A DNA stretch of 64,000 bases from Anaerolineae bacterium (GCA_041481345.1 JBGPBQ010000001.1:6046-70045); one strand, 5' to 3'; numbered from the stretch's first letter, positions 18,159 to 28,300 are shown. Numbers and translations: made by a program. The notes: generated by a model from the sequence alone, not told the origin.

Positions 18159-19928
18159 ATGAAGAAAAATCGCTTGTACAAAACTTTTGGCGTGCTCATC
18201 GCTGTGGTGATGATATTGACAGCGTGCGCCCCCACGGTCTCGCAGCCAATCGCAACGCCACCGACTGCGGTGCCACCTACCCAAGCAGCTGCGCCGACTG
18301 CAGTCCCACCGACCGCGGTCCCACCGACTGCGGTCCCACCGACTAAAGTCCCACCGACAGCGCCGCCAGCCAAAACTACGATCATTATCGGTGTTACCGA
18401 TAAAATCGCTAGCCTTGACCCAGCGGATGCCTACGCAACACGTGATTGGGAACTGATCAGAAATATCAGTCTCGGCTTAGTCAAGTTTAAGGCAGGCACC
18501 ACTGATATGGAGCCAGGTCTGGCAACCGACTTGGGTAAAATTTCAGCCGATGGGCTGACTTATACCTTCACACTGAAGGATGGGATCAAGTTTGGTGATG
18601 GAACTCCCCTCGATGCAACAATATATGCGGCGCAGCTCAACAGGCTACTAACCATCGGACCCACCTGCCCGAACGATGTGGCTGATACGCTTACAATACC
18701 CTATGTAAAGAGCATCGAAGCACCGGATGCCAAGACCATCGTCATCACATTGAAGAATCCTGTTGCTTACTTCATACAGATCCTGACCACTGCACCCTAT
18801 GTGGCATCTGATCCGAAGACCTTCAAAGCTGATGCATGCAATCTCTTTCCAAGCGCACCGATTTACGGCGTCGGTCCCTGGTTCATCTCACAATACACCA
18901 AAGATGAACAGATTGTGCTTGAGCCGAACCCCTATTACACGGGTGAATTAAAACCGCAGGTTAAACAGATCATCGTGAAAGACTACGCCGACCCGCAAAC
19001 CATGGCTTTGGCCGTCCAGAACGGAGAGATCGACATTGCCTGGCGTCAATTTTCACCCGAGCAGCTCACTCCTCTGAAGAGCGTGGCTGGTTTAACCGTG
19101 GGAACAGTACCCGGCGGCTCGATCCGCTATTTGGTCCTCAACCACACCATGAAACCCACAGATGACCCGAACGTGGATAAGGCGATCGCATCTGCCATCG
19201 ACCGCAATGAGATTGCAGATACAGTCTATGGTGGAAACGTATCGCCGCTGTACTCTCAGATTCCACCCGGCTGGCTCGGTGCCACAGAGGTATTTGACAC
19301 CATGTACGCCTCTCCGAACCTGGATGCAGCCAAGAAATACCTGGAAGCATCGGGGTATTCTGCCAGCAATCCACTAAAACTCGAGATGTGGTATCCACCT
19401 GAGCACTACGGCGCGTCAACCGCAGCCTGGATGGAAGTGATCAAGAAACAGCTCGAGGCTACGGGTGAAATCCAGGTGACTTTGAAGGCTCAGGAATGGA
19501 GCACCTACGTGCCTGCCCTGACTGGTGGTAAAGCTTATGCGGTGGGTGTTTTGGGTTGGTTCTTTGACTACCCTGACTCTTCCAACTACATGACTCCATG
19601 GGTCTACAACCGGGGTGAAGGCACTAATATTACGATCCCTAAAGAAGGCTCAAGTTATGGTGATCCAATCAATGATAAAGCCAAGCAATTGGTGGATCTG
19701 CTTTCAAAGGCAGATACCGAGTCAGATCAGGCTAAAAGAGCTGACCTATATAAGCAAGCCCAGGATCTGTATTCGGATCTGGTGGTGACTATCCCACTGT
19801 TCTTCAATGCGGAACATGTCGTCTACCGCGCTAACATCAAGGGCTCAAGCACTTTTGCATACCCAGAGACCCTGAACATTGGTCCTGATGTCATGTTCAA
19901 CTACGCAACGCTTTCTGTAACCCCATAA
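18159..19928 (+). CDS. ABC transporter substrate-binding lipoprotein, family 5 (peptide/nickel type)
   Basis: Trimmed to ATG 18159 after 'aaggagg'. It has the lipobox 'LTACAP', an (A)VPPT repeat linker and a family-5 SBP body ('IIIGVTDKIASLDPADAY', 'LEPNPYY'). Confidence 0.9.
   Translation: MKKNRLYKTFGVLIAVVMILTACAPTVSQPIATPPTAVPPTQAAAPTAVPPTAVPPTAVPPTKVPPTAPPAKTTIIIGVTDKIASLDPADAYATRDWELIRNISLGLVKFKAGTTDMEPGLATDLGKISADGLTYTFTLKDGIKFGDGTPLDATIYAAQLNRLLTIGPTCPNDVADTLTIPYVKSIEAPDAKTIVITLKNPVAYFIQILTTAPYVASDPKTFKADACNLFPSAPIYGVGPWFISQYTKDEQIVLEPNPYYTGELKPQVKQIIVKDYADPQTMALAVQNGEIDIAWRQFSPEQLTPLKSVAGLTVGTVPGGSIRYLVLNHTMKPTDDPNVDKAIASAIDRNEIADTVYGGNVSPLYSQIPPGWLGATEVFDTMYASPNLDAAKKYLEASGYSASNPLKLEMWYPPEHYGASTAAWMEVIKKQLEATGEIQVTLKAQEWSTYVPALTGGKAYAVGVLGWFFDYPDSSNYMTPWVYNRGEGTNITIPKEGSSYGDPINDKAKQLVDLLSKADTESDQAKRADLYKQAQDLYSDLVVTIPLFFNAEHVVYRANIKGSSTFAYPETLNIGPDVMFNYATLSVTP
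18290..18362 (+). repeat. in-frame 15-bp tandem repeat encoding an (A)VPPT linker
   Basis: About four tandem units of '(g/c)cggtcccaccgac(t/c)' give 'TAVPPTAVPPTAVPPTKVPPT'. Confidence 0.8.
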
Positions 19929-19944
19929 TATCAAACACTATGTT

Positions 19945-19975
19945 CCGGGGAGCGGGCGATTAACCCGCTCCCCGG
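19945..19975 (+). promoter_or_regulatory. intra-operon stem-loop between SBP and permease genes
   Basis: Perfect 12-bp stem 'ccggggagcggg'/'cccgctccccgg' with no U tract. It is likely an mRNA stabiliser or attenuator that uncouples SBP levels from the permeases. Confidence 0.5.
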
Positions 19976-19995
19976 ATCCCCTTTCAACTGGATTC

Positions 19996-21093
19996 ATGTC
20001 GCCCATCGGTTTCGTTGCTCTCATCATCGGCATACCCGCCCTGGTACTGCTGGGTTATGTGCTTATCACAGGCTCAACCGGTTTACGGCGCTACATACTA
20101 ACCCGCATCGTTTTAACTTTACCCATGGTACTTATCCTGGGGTCGTTGGTTTTCTTAATAATGAGAGTGGTACCAGGCGACCCGGTTTCATCAGCCCTTG
20201 GTCCTAAGGGTACCCCAGAGATGATCCAGCACATTCGCGAGCAACTTGGGCTGAATGACCCGATAATCGTGCAGTACGGCCGGTTCCTGGGGCATATGTT
20301 TACACTTAATTTTGGAAATTCACTCGTGGGTGGTCATCGCCCGATCGCTGATGAGATGAGTGAGCGTTTCCCGGCTACATTAGAGCTGATTGTTCCAGCC
20401 TCGGTGTTAGCTTTGCTGATTGGTATATTTGGCGGTGCCCATGCAGCCTCGCGCCGTAAGGGACCGGTTGATTATGCCTGGCGTATATACGCCGTGGTCA
20501 TATATTCACTGCCCATTTTCTGGTTAGGTCTGATGCTGCAGCTTCTTTTTGGAGTTAAGCTCGGCTGGCTACCGATCTCAGGTAGGATAGATCCAATTAT
20601 TGGCACTACGCTGGTTCACCGGACCAATATTTATACGATCGATTCTATTATCAGCGGTAACTGGCTGGCACTCAAATCTGTCCTTCAGCATCTCGTCTTA
20701 CCGACTATTACCTTAGGACTTATCCTATCTGGTATTTTTGTACGTCTCACCCGCATTAATGTCATCGAAACACTTTCAATGGATTACATATCGGCGGCAC
20801 GTGCACGTGGAATCCGCGAGCGCGTCCTGGTGTATGGACATGCATTAAAGAACGCCTTGATCCCCATCATCACCTTGATCGGATTGCAGGTTGCCATCCT
20901 GCTGGCGGGCGCTGTGCTGACTGAGACGGTTTTCTCCTGGCCAGGCATGGGCAGCTATCTCGTGGAGCGCATCTCCCAACGGGATTACAATGCCGTGCAA
21001 AGTGTGATTGTGGTGTTTGCCCTGCTGGTGGCAATGATCAGCCTGGCGGTCGATGTCATTTACAGTTTGGTCGACCCAAGGGTGAGGTACTAA
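19996..21093 (+). CDS. ABC transporter permease (DppB/OppB-like)
   Basis: Six TM helices and an EAA-like loop 'YISAARARGIRERVLVYGHALKNALIPIIT'. Confidence 0.9.
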   Translation: MSPIGFVALIIGIPALVLLGYVLITGSTGLRRYILTRIVLTLPMVLILGSLVFLIMRVVPGDPVSSALGPKGTPEMIQHIREQLGLNDPIIVQYGRFLGHMFTLNFGNSLVGGHRPIADEMSERFPATLELIVPASVLALLIGIFGGAHAASRRKGPVDYAWRIYAVVIYSLPIFWLGLMLQLLFGVKLGWLPISGRIDPIIGTTLVHRTNIYTIDSIISGNWLALKSVLQHLVLPTITLGLILSGIFVRLTRINVIETLSMDYISAARARGIRERVLVYGHALKNALIPIITLIGLQVAILLAGAVLTETVFSWPGMGSYLVERISQRDYNAVQSVIVVFALLVAMISLAVDVIYSLVDPRVRY

Positions 21094-21096
21094 ACC

Positions 21097-22380
21097 ATGA
21101 CCGCTCTCCAAGAACGACCCCCTGAAGACATCCCTGAGGAGATCACCTGGGAGGTCGAGCTCCAAAAGGTTGGCATCGTCCGGCGTATCCTGAATGCCCG
21201 GAAATGGTATGGGGCTGACTGGTGGTTCGTAGCGATTTCATCCGTTTTAGTTGCAATTTTCATCATCATTGCTGTATTTCCTTCATTGTTTGCCCCTTAC
21301 AAGCCAGATGCATTGGTTGGACCAAGCTTCCTGGCACCTGGGGCATATCCACCCGTTCCAGTGCTGGTACTCCCGAATATATCATCGGCCAATACATTAA
21401 AAGACCTGGCGGTTCCCGCAGGTCAGCCACGTCCTGGCATTAGCGTGGTTCAAGGGGGAAATACAGCTGGTGCTTTGAATGATGCAGCCAAAGAAATCGA
21501 TAATCAAATCAAAACTGAGCCCGAGGGTTTGCGTCTGCGACCAAATATTGATCGTTATGCCAGCGTGGAAGAAGCGTTGCAAGCTGTTGTTGATGGGAAA
21601 GACGCTGCTGCAGTAGTCGAATCGGATGAATTTGCTGCTCTCAAAGCACAATATCCAACCCTGCGTCAAGGAGAGAGCCTTACAGGTGGATCAAAAACGG
21701 CGGGAGGGTTCCTGCTAGGAACCAATGATATCGGCCAGGATGTGTGGAGCCGGCTGCTGTGGGGTACGCGGGTGGCTTTGATCATTGGGTTTAGCGCTTC
21801 AATCCTCTCGTTGATAATAGGTGTACCCCTGGGATTAATGGCTGCTTTCATCGGGGGATCTTTTGATCGCCTGTTGAGCCTTGTGATGGACAGCCTGTAT
21901 GCTTTTCCAGGCTTGATCCTGGCGATTGCCATCACAGCAGTTTTAGGCCCAAGCATTGTAAACGTCATCGTAGCCATCGCAGTGTTATATATTCCAACCT
22001 ACTACCGCATGGTGCGCGGTCAGGCCCTCTCCGTAAAAGAAGATGTGTATGTGGAAGCCGCCCGCAGCATTGGAGCGCGCAGCCGGGAAATCTTACAGCG
22101 TTACATTTTCCCTAATGTGATCCCTTCAGTGGCGATCATCTTTTCGGTGAATGTGGCCGATGCGATCCTCACCGGCGCCGGGTTGGCCTTCCTGGGATTG
22201 GGCTTGCCCCCAACAGTCCCCGATTGGGGCATCGACCTGGCACGCGGTCAACGCTTCATCCAAAACGCCTGGTGGATGATCACCTTCCCGGGACTCACGA
22301 TCCTGCTGGTTGTATTGGCCTTTACCTTGATGGGTGAAGGTTTAATGGAGATATTCAACCCCAAGCTGAGGGAGCGCTGA
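21097..22380 (+). CDS. ABC transporter permease (DppC/OppC-like) with large extracytoplasmic insertion after TM1
   Basis: The core has 'YVEAARSIGARSREILQRYIFPNVIPSV'. About 130 extra residues lie between TM1 and the 'GTNDIGQDVWSRLLWG' motif. Confidence 0.9.
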   Translation: MTALQERPPEDIPEEITWEVELQKVGIVRRILNARKWYGADWWFVAISSVLVAIFIIIAVFPSLFAPYKPDALVGPSFLAPGAYPPVPVLVLPNISSANTLKDLAVPAGQPRPGISVVQGGNTAGALNDAAKEIDNQIKTEPEGLRLRPNIDRYASVEEALQAVVDGKDAAAVVESDEFAALKAQYPTLRQGESLTGGSKTAGGFLLGTNDIGQDVWSRLLWGTRVALIIGFSASILSLIIGVPLGLMAAFIGGSFDRLLSLVMDSLYAFPGLILAIAITAVLGPSIVNVIVAIAVLYIPTYYRMVRGQALSVKEDVYVEAARSIGARSREILQRYIFPNVIPSVAIIFSVNVADAILTGAGLAFLGLGLPPTVPDWGIDLARGQRFIQNAWWMITFPGLTILLVVLAFTLMGEGLMEIFNPKLRER

Positions 22381-23381
22381 TGCCTGAAGATATTCTATAT
22401 TCCATCCGCAACCTTGTCGTCGAATACACCACCCGCGCTGGTGCAGTCAAGGCCGTGGATGACGTCTCGCTCGATATTCGACGAGGTGAAATCCTGGGAT
22501 TAGTTGGAGAATCGGGCTGTGGCAAATCCACCCTGGGTAAGGCTTTAATGCGCTTACATACAGGCCCGGCCAAGATCACCGAGGGTGAGCTGTGGTTTGA
22601 TGGACGGGATTTGATGACGCTACCCATCGAAGAAATGCCAGAGATACGCGGGGCGGAAATCGGGATGGTCTTCCAGGACCCGATGACCTCGCTTAATCCG
22701 GTGCAGCGCATCATCGAACACCTGACGGAAACCATCCAAACTCACGAACCGGAAGTCTCGGATAAGGACGCTCGTAAACGATCCGAGGAGCTCATCGAGC
22801 GCTTAGGAATTCGGAAAGAGCGGATCACAGAATATCCGCACCAAATGTCTGGCGGCATGCGGCAACGGGTGATGATCTCATTAGCACTGTCACTAAGAGC
22901 TAAGCTGGTGATTGCCGATGAACCGACTACCTCTCTGGACGTGATCGTGGAGGCGAAGTTCCTCGACCTGCTCAAGGAGCTGCAAAAAGAATTTGGCTTG
23001 ACTATCCTGTTGATCACACACAATATCGGTGTGGTAGCTGAATTAGCAGACCGCATCGCAGTAATGTATGCCGCCAAGATGATGGAAGTCGGCAATGTCG
23101 ATGACGTTTTTGCTCATCCCAAACACCCATATACCCAGGGGCTGCTGCGATCGGTGCCAAACATTCTATTAGATGGTGCCGAGCTTTACAAGATGGCAGG
23201 CGCACCTCCAGATTTGTCACACCCACCCTCCGGCTGCCGGTTCCACACACGCTGTCCGTTCGTCATGGATATTTGCCGGGAGGAAGTCCCCCCCTTGGAG
23301 GCCATCGAGGGAGCCCAATATGCAGCCTGTTGGCTTTATCCATCAGTAATGGCAAAGAGACAGGAGAAGGACCATGCTTGA
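22380..23381 (+). CDS. ABC transporter ATP-binding protein (DppD/OppD-like)
   Basis: Walker A 'GESGCGKST', signature 'MSGGMRQR', Walker B 'LVIADEPTT', and a C-terminal oligopeptide-type Cys motif. Confidence 0.9.
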   Translation: MPEDILYSIRNLVVEYTTRAGAVKAVDDVSLDIRRGEILGLVGESGCGKSTLGKALMRLHTGPAKITEGELWFDGRDLMTLPIEEMPEIRGAEIGMVFQDPMTSLNPVQRIIEHLTETIQTHEPEVSDKDARKRSEELIERLGIRKERITEYPHQMSGGMRQRVMISLALSLRAKLVIADEPTTSLDVIVEAKFLDLLKELQKEFGLTILLITHNIGVVAELADRIAVMYAAKMMEVGNVDDVFAHPKHPYTQGLLRSVPNILLDGAELYKMAGAPPDLSHPPSGCRFHTRCPFVMDICREEVPPLEAIEGAQYAACWLYPSVMAKRQEKDHA

Positions 23382-24432
23382 GTCAACCTCTATGGGCATT
23401 AACGCCATAATGGGAGACAAGTCCATAAGTTCTGGGGAGCTGGTGCAAGTTGAACATTTGCGAAAGCACTTCCCACTACAATCAGGTCTGTTCGCAACTT
23501 TACTTACGCGCGGCCAAATCCAGGCGGTAAAAGCCGTGGATGATGTAAGTTTTAACATACATAAGGGTGAGGTATTTGGGCTGGCAGGAGAAAGCGGATC
23601 GGGGAAGTCTACCGTGGGAAGACTGGTCCTACGCCTGCTGGAACCCACATCCGGGAAGGTGATCTTTGATGGCACGGACCTGGGAAGTCTGTCGGGAGAA
23701 GAGATGCGCCGCATGCGCTCCCGTATGCAGATCGTATTCCAGGATCCATTGGCTTCGCTTAACCCACGCATGACGCTCGGTATGGCGATTGATCACCCTG
23801 CACGCATCCATCTCACCGACCTGACACCTGATGGACGGCGTAAGCGTGTATTGGATATCCTGTGTGCCGTGGGCATGAATCCGGCAAAAGTTTTTTACGA
23901 TTTATACCCACACCAAATTTCTGGCGGACAGCGCCAACGCGTGGTGCTGGCGCGTGCCCTAGTGACAAACCCCTCACTCATCGTGGCCGATGAGCCCATC
24001 GCCATGGCTGACGTTTCGGTACGAGCGCTGCTGCTTGATCTGATGATGAAGCTCAAGGAAGAGTTCAACCTGACCTACCTGTTCATCACCCACGATCTGG
24101 CTACTGCCAAATACGTGTGTAACAGGATCGCAATCATGTATCTGGGCAAGCTGTGCGAGGTAGGACCTTTAGCAGACGTGTACCAGCACACCATTCACCC
24201 TTACACGCGGGCTTTGCTGGAAGCAGTTCCCGTGCCGGACCCAACCCGGCGCCGTAAAGAGCCCATGCCTCCCGGCGAGATACCGAATGCGATCAACCCG
24301 CCGCCGGGATGCCATTTTCACCCACGCTGCCCGATTGCAAGACCAAATTGCTCGGTCGAAGAACCGCTCTTGCGAGAGCTACGACCGAATCACTTTACTG
24401 CCTGTCATTACGCTGAAGACCTCCTGGGATAA
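23374..24432 (+). CDS. ABC transporter ATP-binding protein (DppF/OppF-like)
   Basis: Walker A 'GESGSGKST', signature 'ISGGQRQR', Walker B 'LIVADEPI'. It overlaps the preceding gene by 8 nt. Confidence 0.9.
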   Translation: MLESTSMGINAIMGDKSISSGELVQVEHLRKHFPLQSGLFATLLTRGQIQAVKAVDDVSFNIHKGEVFGLAGESGSGKSTVGRLVLRLLEPTSGKVIFDGTDLGSLSGEEMRRMRSRMQIVFQDPLASLNPRMTLGMAIDHPARIHLTDLTPDGRRKRVLDILCAVGMNPAKVFYDLYPHQISGGQRQRVVLARALVTNPSLIVADEPIAMADVSVRALLLDLMMKLKEEFNLTYLFITHDLATAKYVCNRIAIMYLGKLCEVGPLADVYQHTIHPYTRALLEAVPVPDPTRRRKEPMPPGEIPNAINPPPGCHFHPRCPIARPNCSVEEPLLRELRPNHFTACHYAEDLLG

Positions 24433-24577
24433 AATTACTCGTAGGAGGATAAGCATATCATCGCCCGATCTGGGATTGCATAAGGAGAATGCAGCACCAG
24501 CTTTGGCGAGGTTTTTTATTAATGGAAGTGGGTGGACATCAGCATTGCGAGAAGGTGGAATTTTATTCTAAAGGTAC

Positions 24578-25909
24578 TTGAAGCCGATGAACCGGATTAA
24601 GTCAGTAAGCATAAAACCCTCAAGCAAATCAGCTCGGCAGGTTGAGCGCCGTCTCAACCTGTGGCTCCTGCCAATCCTGGTGGGTGTGCTGGCAGTCCTC
24701 TACATACTGACTGGCTTTCGAGGCTGGCTGATCTTCACCATTGGCACGGCGGGGGCATGGCTAATGGCTGTACTATGGATCTACTCGATGGAGCGTAACC
24801 TGTCAATCGAACGCAAAATCCACCTGGCGTGGGCAACCGTCGGTGAATCGGTGCCCGAAGAAGTTAAACTGATCAACCATGGCTGGCTTCCTGCTCTATG
24901 GGTGGAAATCACAGATGAGTCAGCGTCAATCGAGACCCCTTTGCGCATCGTCTCGGATGTTGCCCAGCGCTCCTCCCGCACCCGGCATTTGAGCCATCTT
25001 TTCAAGCGCCGCGGTCTATATACCCTGGGACCAACTCGCCTGCACTGTGGCGATCCATTCGGTATTTATAGCCTGACCATGAATGATCAACATGCCAGCA
25101 CCATCTTGGTCACACCACCGGTGCTCAGCCTTTCCCAGCTCAAGATCCCAACTGGAGGGATATCTGGAGATGACCGTCACCGCGGCGGGTATATCGAGCG
25201 CAACATCAGCGATGTGGGCCTGCGCAACTATGTGGCCGGAGACAGCCTAAAGCACATCCACTGGCGCGCTTCTGCTCATTTCGATAGCCTGATCGTCAGG
25301 CAGCTCGAAACAGCGACTACCCGCGACTGGTGGATTGTGGTCGACCTGGAAAGTTCTGTCCAGGCAGGTGCCGGAGAGAATTCCACGCTGGAGCTGTGCA
25401 TCGTTCTGGCAGCCTCTTTGGCACTACGTGGGTTGAAGGAGCATAGAAAGGTCGGTCTGGCCATGGCAGGCTCACAATTCGTGTGGCTAGAGCCAGGCGC
25501 AGACCCGGCACAGGGCTGGCGCATCCTGCGCTCCCTGGCAGTGGCTCAAGCCGGCAGTCGCTCGCTGACCGATCTGCTTGTACGAGGCGGGTTTGGACAA
25601 ACTGCCACTACAATCCTTATCACCCCCTCCACCGATCCGGCATGGGTGGCAACCGCCGACCGCCATCGAAACGGAGCAGGTTTGATGTCATTGTTGGTGA
25701 ACCCGGCCGATTTTGGCAGCCCAACTGATCAGAATAAAGTCATCTCGGCGCTGACGCGCAGCCGGATCCCGTATGCACGCATGCCCGGATCCCTGCTGGC
25801 AGAAGCTTACTCCACTTCAGTCCAGGGCGCTCGCAGACGGATCTCTGCCGGCGGGATGGGGAAACGATACCTACGGCAGGGGAGGCAGAGTTGGCAGAAT
25901 ATGGATTGA
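24578..25909 (+). CDS. DUF58 (vWA-like) domain protein
   Basis: Two N-terminal TM helices, then 'LRNYVAGDSLKHIHWRASAHFDSLIVRQLE', typical of DUF58. The start could be TTG 24578 or ATG 24587. Confidence 0.8.
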   Translation: MKPMNRIKSVSIKPSSKSARQVERRLNLWLLPILVGVLAVLYILTGFRGWLIFTIGTAGAWLMAVLWIYSMERNLSIERKIHLAWATVGESVPEEVKLINHGWLPALWVEITDESASIETPLRIVSDVAQRSSRTRHLSHLFKRRGLYTLGPTRLHCGDPFGIYSLTMNDQHASTILVTPPVLSLSQLKIPTGGISGDDRHRGGYIERNISDVGLRNYVAGDSLKHIHWRASAHFDSLIVRQLETATTRDWWIVVDLESSVQAGAGENSTLELCIVLAASLALRGLKEHRKVGLAMAGSQFVWLEPGADPAQGWRILRSLAVAQAGSRSLTDLLVRGGFGQTATTILITPSTDPAWVATADRHRNGAGLMSLLVNPADFGSPTDQNKVISALTRSRIPYARMPGSLLAEAYSTSVQGARRRISAGGMGKRYLRQGRQSWQNMD

Positions 25910-26463
25910 AGCGCTCCCTGGTAGTAGCGACCAAACGAGCCGTGAGAGCAGAGAAATTCATCACCCTGCTGCTGCTGTTTATCTTATTAACTGCGGCTGC
26001 GGCTGGGGTATCGGTCGTCCTGACCGGTCCGGATTGGGCATCATTATGGCAAAGCCTACTGTTCGGGCTGCTACTCGGCTGGCTGCTGGCCATCTTTCGC
26101 TGGCCAGCCTGGCGCTCAGCGCTAGCGATGATATTGCTCGGGTTGTTGTTCAGCCTGCTCTATGCGGGGGGGTTGAACGAAAAAGTCCTGGCGGTATTCT
26201 CAGAGATTATCGGGCTGTTTGGCAGCGTCCTGTCTTCACTTAAAATCAAAGGGCTTGATCTTACCCCTCTTGGCATAGCGATACAGCAGGTGTTTATTTC
26301 CACGAGGGTGGTGCTGGGAAGGGTTGGCGCGTGGCTTGAAGATTTAACCAACGGTCAGCCCAGCTTTGACCCTGTGGCAGCCGGTTTCGTGTGGAGCTTT
26401 GTGGTCTGGCTGGTGGCAGCTTGGGCGGGCTGGGTGGTCGAAGCTATCGGGAATGCACTTTGA
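25891..26463 (+). CDS. N-terminal membrane portion of a TgpA-like transglutaminase, ending at an in-frame TGA
   Basis: Multi-TM segment in the same frame as ORF 26467..28290 and separated from it only by TGA (26461-26463) plus one codon. The start codon is uncertain (TTG 25891). Confidence 0.6.
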   Translation: MAEYGLKRSLVVATKRAVRAEKFITLLLLFILLTAAAAGVSVVLTGPDWASLWQSLLFGLLLGWLLAIFRWPAWRSALAMILLGLLFSLLYAGGLNEKVLAVFSEIIGLFGSVLSSLKIKGLDLTPLGIAIQQVFISTRVVLGRVGAWLEDLTNGQPSFDPVAAGFVWSFVVWLVAAWAGWVVEAIGNAL

Positions 26464-26466
26464 GCA

Positions 26467-28290
26467 GTGCTCCCGGCTCTGCTGTTGAACCTGGTCACCC
26501 TCTCCTACGGCCAAAATAACTCTGCCTCGATTTATCTCATCCTGGGGATAACCTTAGTGCTTATCGCGGTGGTGCAGTTCGACCAGCGTGAACAAGGCTG
26601 GAATAAAACCAGGGTTGCCTACCCTGCTCGCAAAAGCAGGGAAATTGGCAGAATATCGCTGGTCCTCGCCGTCATACTGGTAGTGCTATCGGCTTCTATT
26701 TCATCACTCTCACTCCAGCGAATTCTCACCTGGAGCACCGAGATCAGACGGTCTTCCAATCAAGGTGAAAGCGGGCTAGCCAAGTCCTTGGGGATTGTGC
26801 CGGCTGCCACCCCTACATCGGACCCATTCAGCGATCTGCGCAGTCCGGGGCTTCCCAGGGAGCTGCTGATCGGGGGCGGTCCTGAGCTATCCGGTGAGCA
26901 GGTGATGTCGGTGCAGGTTAAAGACCTTGCCACACTCATTCAAGGAGGACAGCTGCCACCGCTTTACTGGCGCAGCTTCACCTATGATCTCTACACCGGA
27001 CACGGCTGGAGCTCTAGCTCTACCGAGCAAACTGCATACCAACCTGGCCAGCCGATCCAGCCAGACCACCTGCCAGGGCATGTGTTGATCCAGGAGAAGG
27101 TGAGCGCGGTGCCCGGGGAAGGTGGGTCGATCTATGCGACGGGAGAACCTGTGACGATCGATGTATCCAGCAGCGCGGCCTGGCGCTCCACCAATGACCT
27201 GTTTGGCATCCAGACAGGGAGCAATTCTTATGAACTTCAGTCCATGATCCCGGTCATCGATGAAAACATCCTGCGTGGTTCCGACCAGGTATATCCGAGC
27301 TGGGTCACCCAGCGTTACCTTACCCTACCGCCTGAGGTTCCCGCACGGGTCAAGCAATTAGCTATTCAGCTCACTGCCACCGAGCCCACCCCTTATGATC
27401 GGGCGCACGCCATCGAACAATACCTGCGCAGCTTTCCTTATACTCTGGATGTGCCCCGCCCACCGGCAAATCAAGACCTGGTGGACTACTTCCTATTTGA
27501 TCTTCGCAAAGGATACTGCGATTATTATGCGTCCGCTATGGTGGTCCTGGCGCGGGCAGCGGGTATCCCTACCAGGCTTGCCATCGGTTACGCCAGCGGC
27601 ACCTATAACCTGAACTCCAAGCGCTTCATCGTCACCCAGGCAGAAGCACATTCCTGGGTGGAGGTATACTTTCCGGGCACCGGCTGGGTACCTTTCGAGC
27701 CGACCGCCGGACTGCCGGCGATAAATCGCTCCGGGCAGCCCGCGCAGGCAGCGACCCCTGCACCGACTTTTCCGGTTGTGCCGCCCAAAGTCACAGGCAC
27801 GGGCAATATCGATATTTCCATTTTATTCATCCTGTTGGTTGTGGTAGCTGTACCCATCTTTTTGTGGATCATCGTTGATGAGACCTACTTACAGCGCTTA
27901 AAACCCCAATTCGCTGCCAGGGAAGTTTACCGCAGGCTGAAGCGCTACGGTATACTGTTGAATGTTCCTATGGATGGGGGCGAAACCCCATACGAGTTTG
28001 CTGCCTCCCTGGCCAGGCGCATCCCCGAAATCACCGGCTCCGGACGATTGACTAACGCAGGGGTCGATGCAATCGCTGAAACCCAATCGATCATCAGCCG
28101 GATTGTGCTGGCGAGCTACAAGCCCTTGGATACGAAAGCGGAGGCTTTAGTGGGAATTGTCAGCCAATGGAGATCACTGCGCTGGCGGCTGCGCCTATTG
28201 TGGATGATGGAAATTTGGAATTCGTTACAGCAGAAATTCCGGAGATGGTTCCCCGGTCAGACTGAGGAACACGACTCCCCGGTTGGATAG
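26467..28290 (+). CDS. transglutaminase-like (TgpA family) membrane protein, main portion
   Basis: The catalytic core includes 'GYCDYYASAMVVLARAAGIPTRLAIGY' (Cys) and 'HSWVEVYFPGTGWVPFEPT' (His/Asp). The putative start is GTG 26467. Confidence 0.8.
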   Translation: MLPALLLNLVTLSYGQNNSASIYLILGITLVLIAVVQFDQREQGWNKTRVAYPARKSREIGRISLVLAVILVVLSASISSLSLQRILTWSTEIRRSSNQGESGLAKSLGIVPAATPTSDPFSDLRSPGLPRELLIGGGPELSGEQVMSVQVKDLATLIQGGQLPPLYWRSFTYDLYTGHGWSSSSTEQTAYQPGQPIQPDHLPGHVLIQEKVSAVPGEGGSIYATGEPVTIDVSSSAAWRSTNDLFGIQTGSNSYELQSMIPVIDENILRGSDQVYPSWVTQRYLTLPPEVPARVKQLAIQLTATEPTPYDRAHAIEQYLRSFPYTLDVPRPPANQDLVDYFLFDLRKGYCDYYASAMVVLARAAGIPTRLAIGYASGTYNLNSKRFIVTQAEAHSWVEVYFPGTGWVPFEPTAGLPAINRSGQPAQAATPAPTFPVVPPKVTGTGNIDISILFILLVVVAVPIFLWIIVDETYLQRLKPQFAAREVYRRLKRYGILLNVPMDGGETPYEFAASLARRIPEITGSGRLTNAGVDAIAETQSIISRIVLASYKPLDTKAEALVGIVSQWRSLRWRLRLLWMMEIWNSLQQKFRRWFPGQTEEHDSPVG

Positions 28291-28300
28291 GAGATGCATA

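Noticed and set aside
26461-26463. The in-frame TGA in the TgpA-like gene read as selenocysteine or as a reassigned codon.
   Set aside because: I could not identify a convincing SECIS-like hairpin immediately downstream. Transglutaminase membrane domains are not known selenoproteins. Many genes in the window terminate with TGA, which argues against reassignment. The site is kept only as an unexplained stop (see findings).
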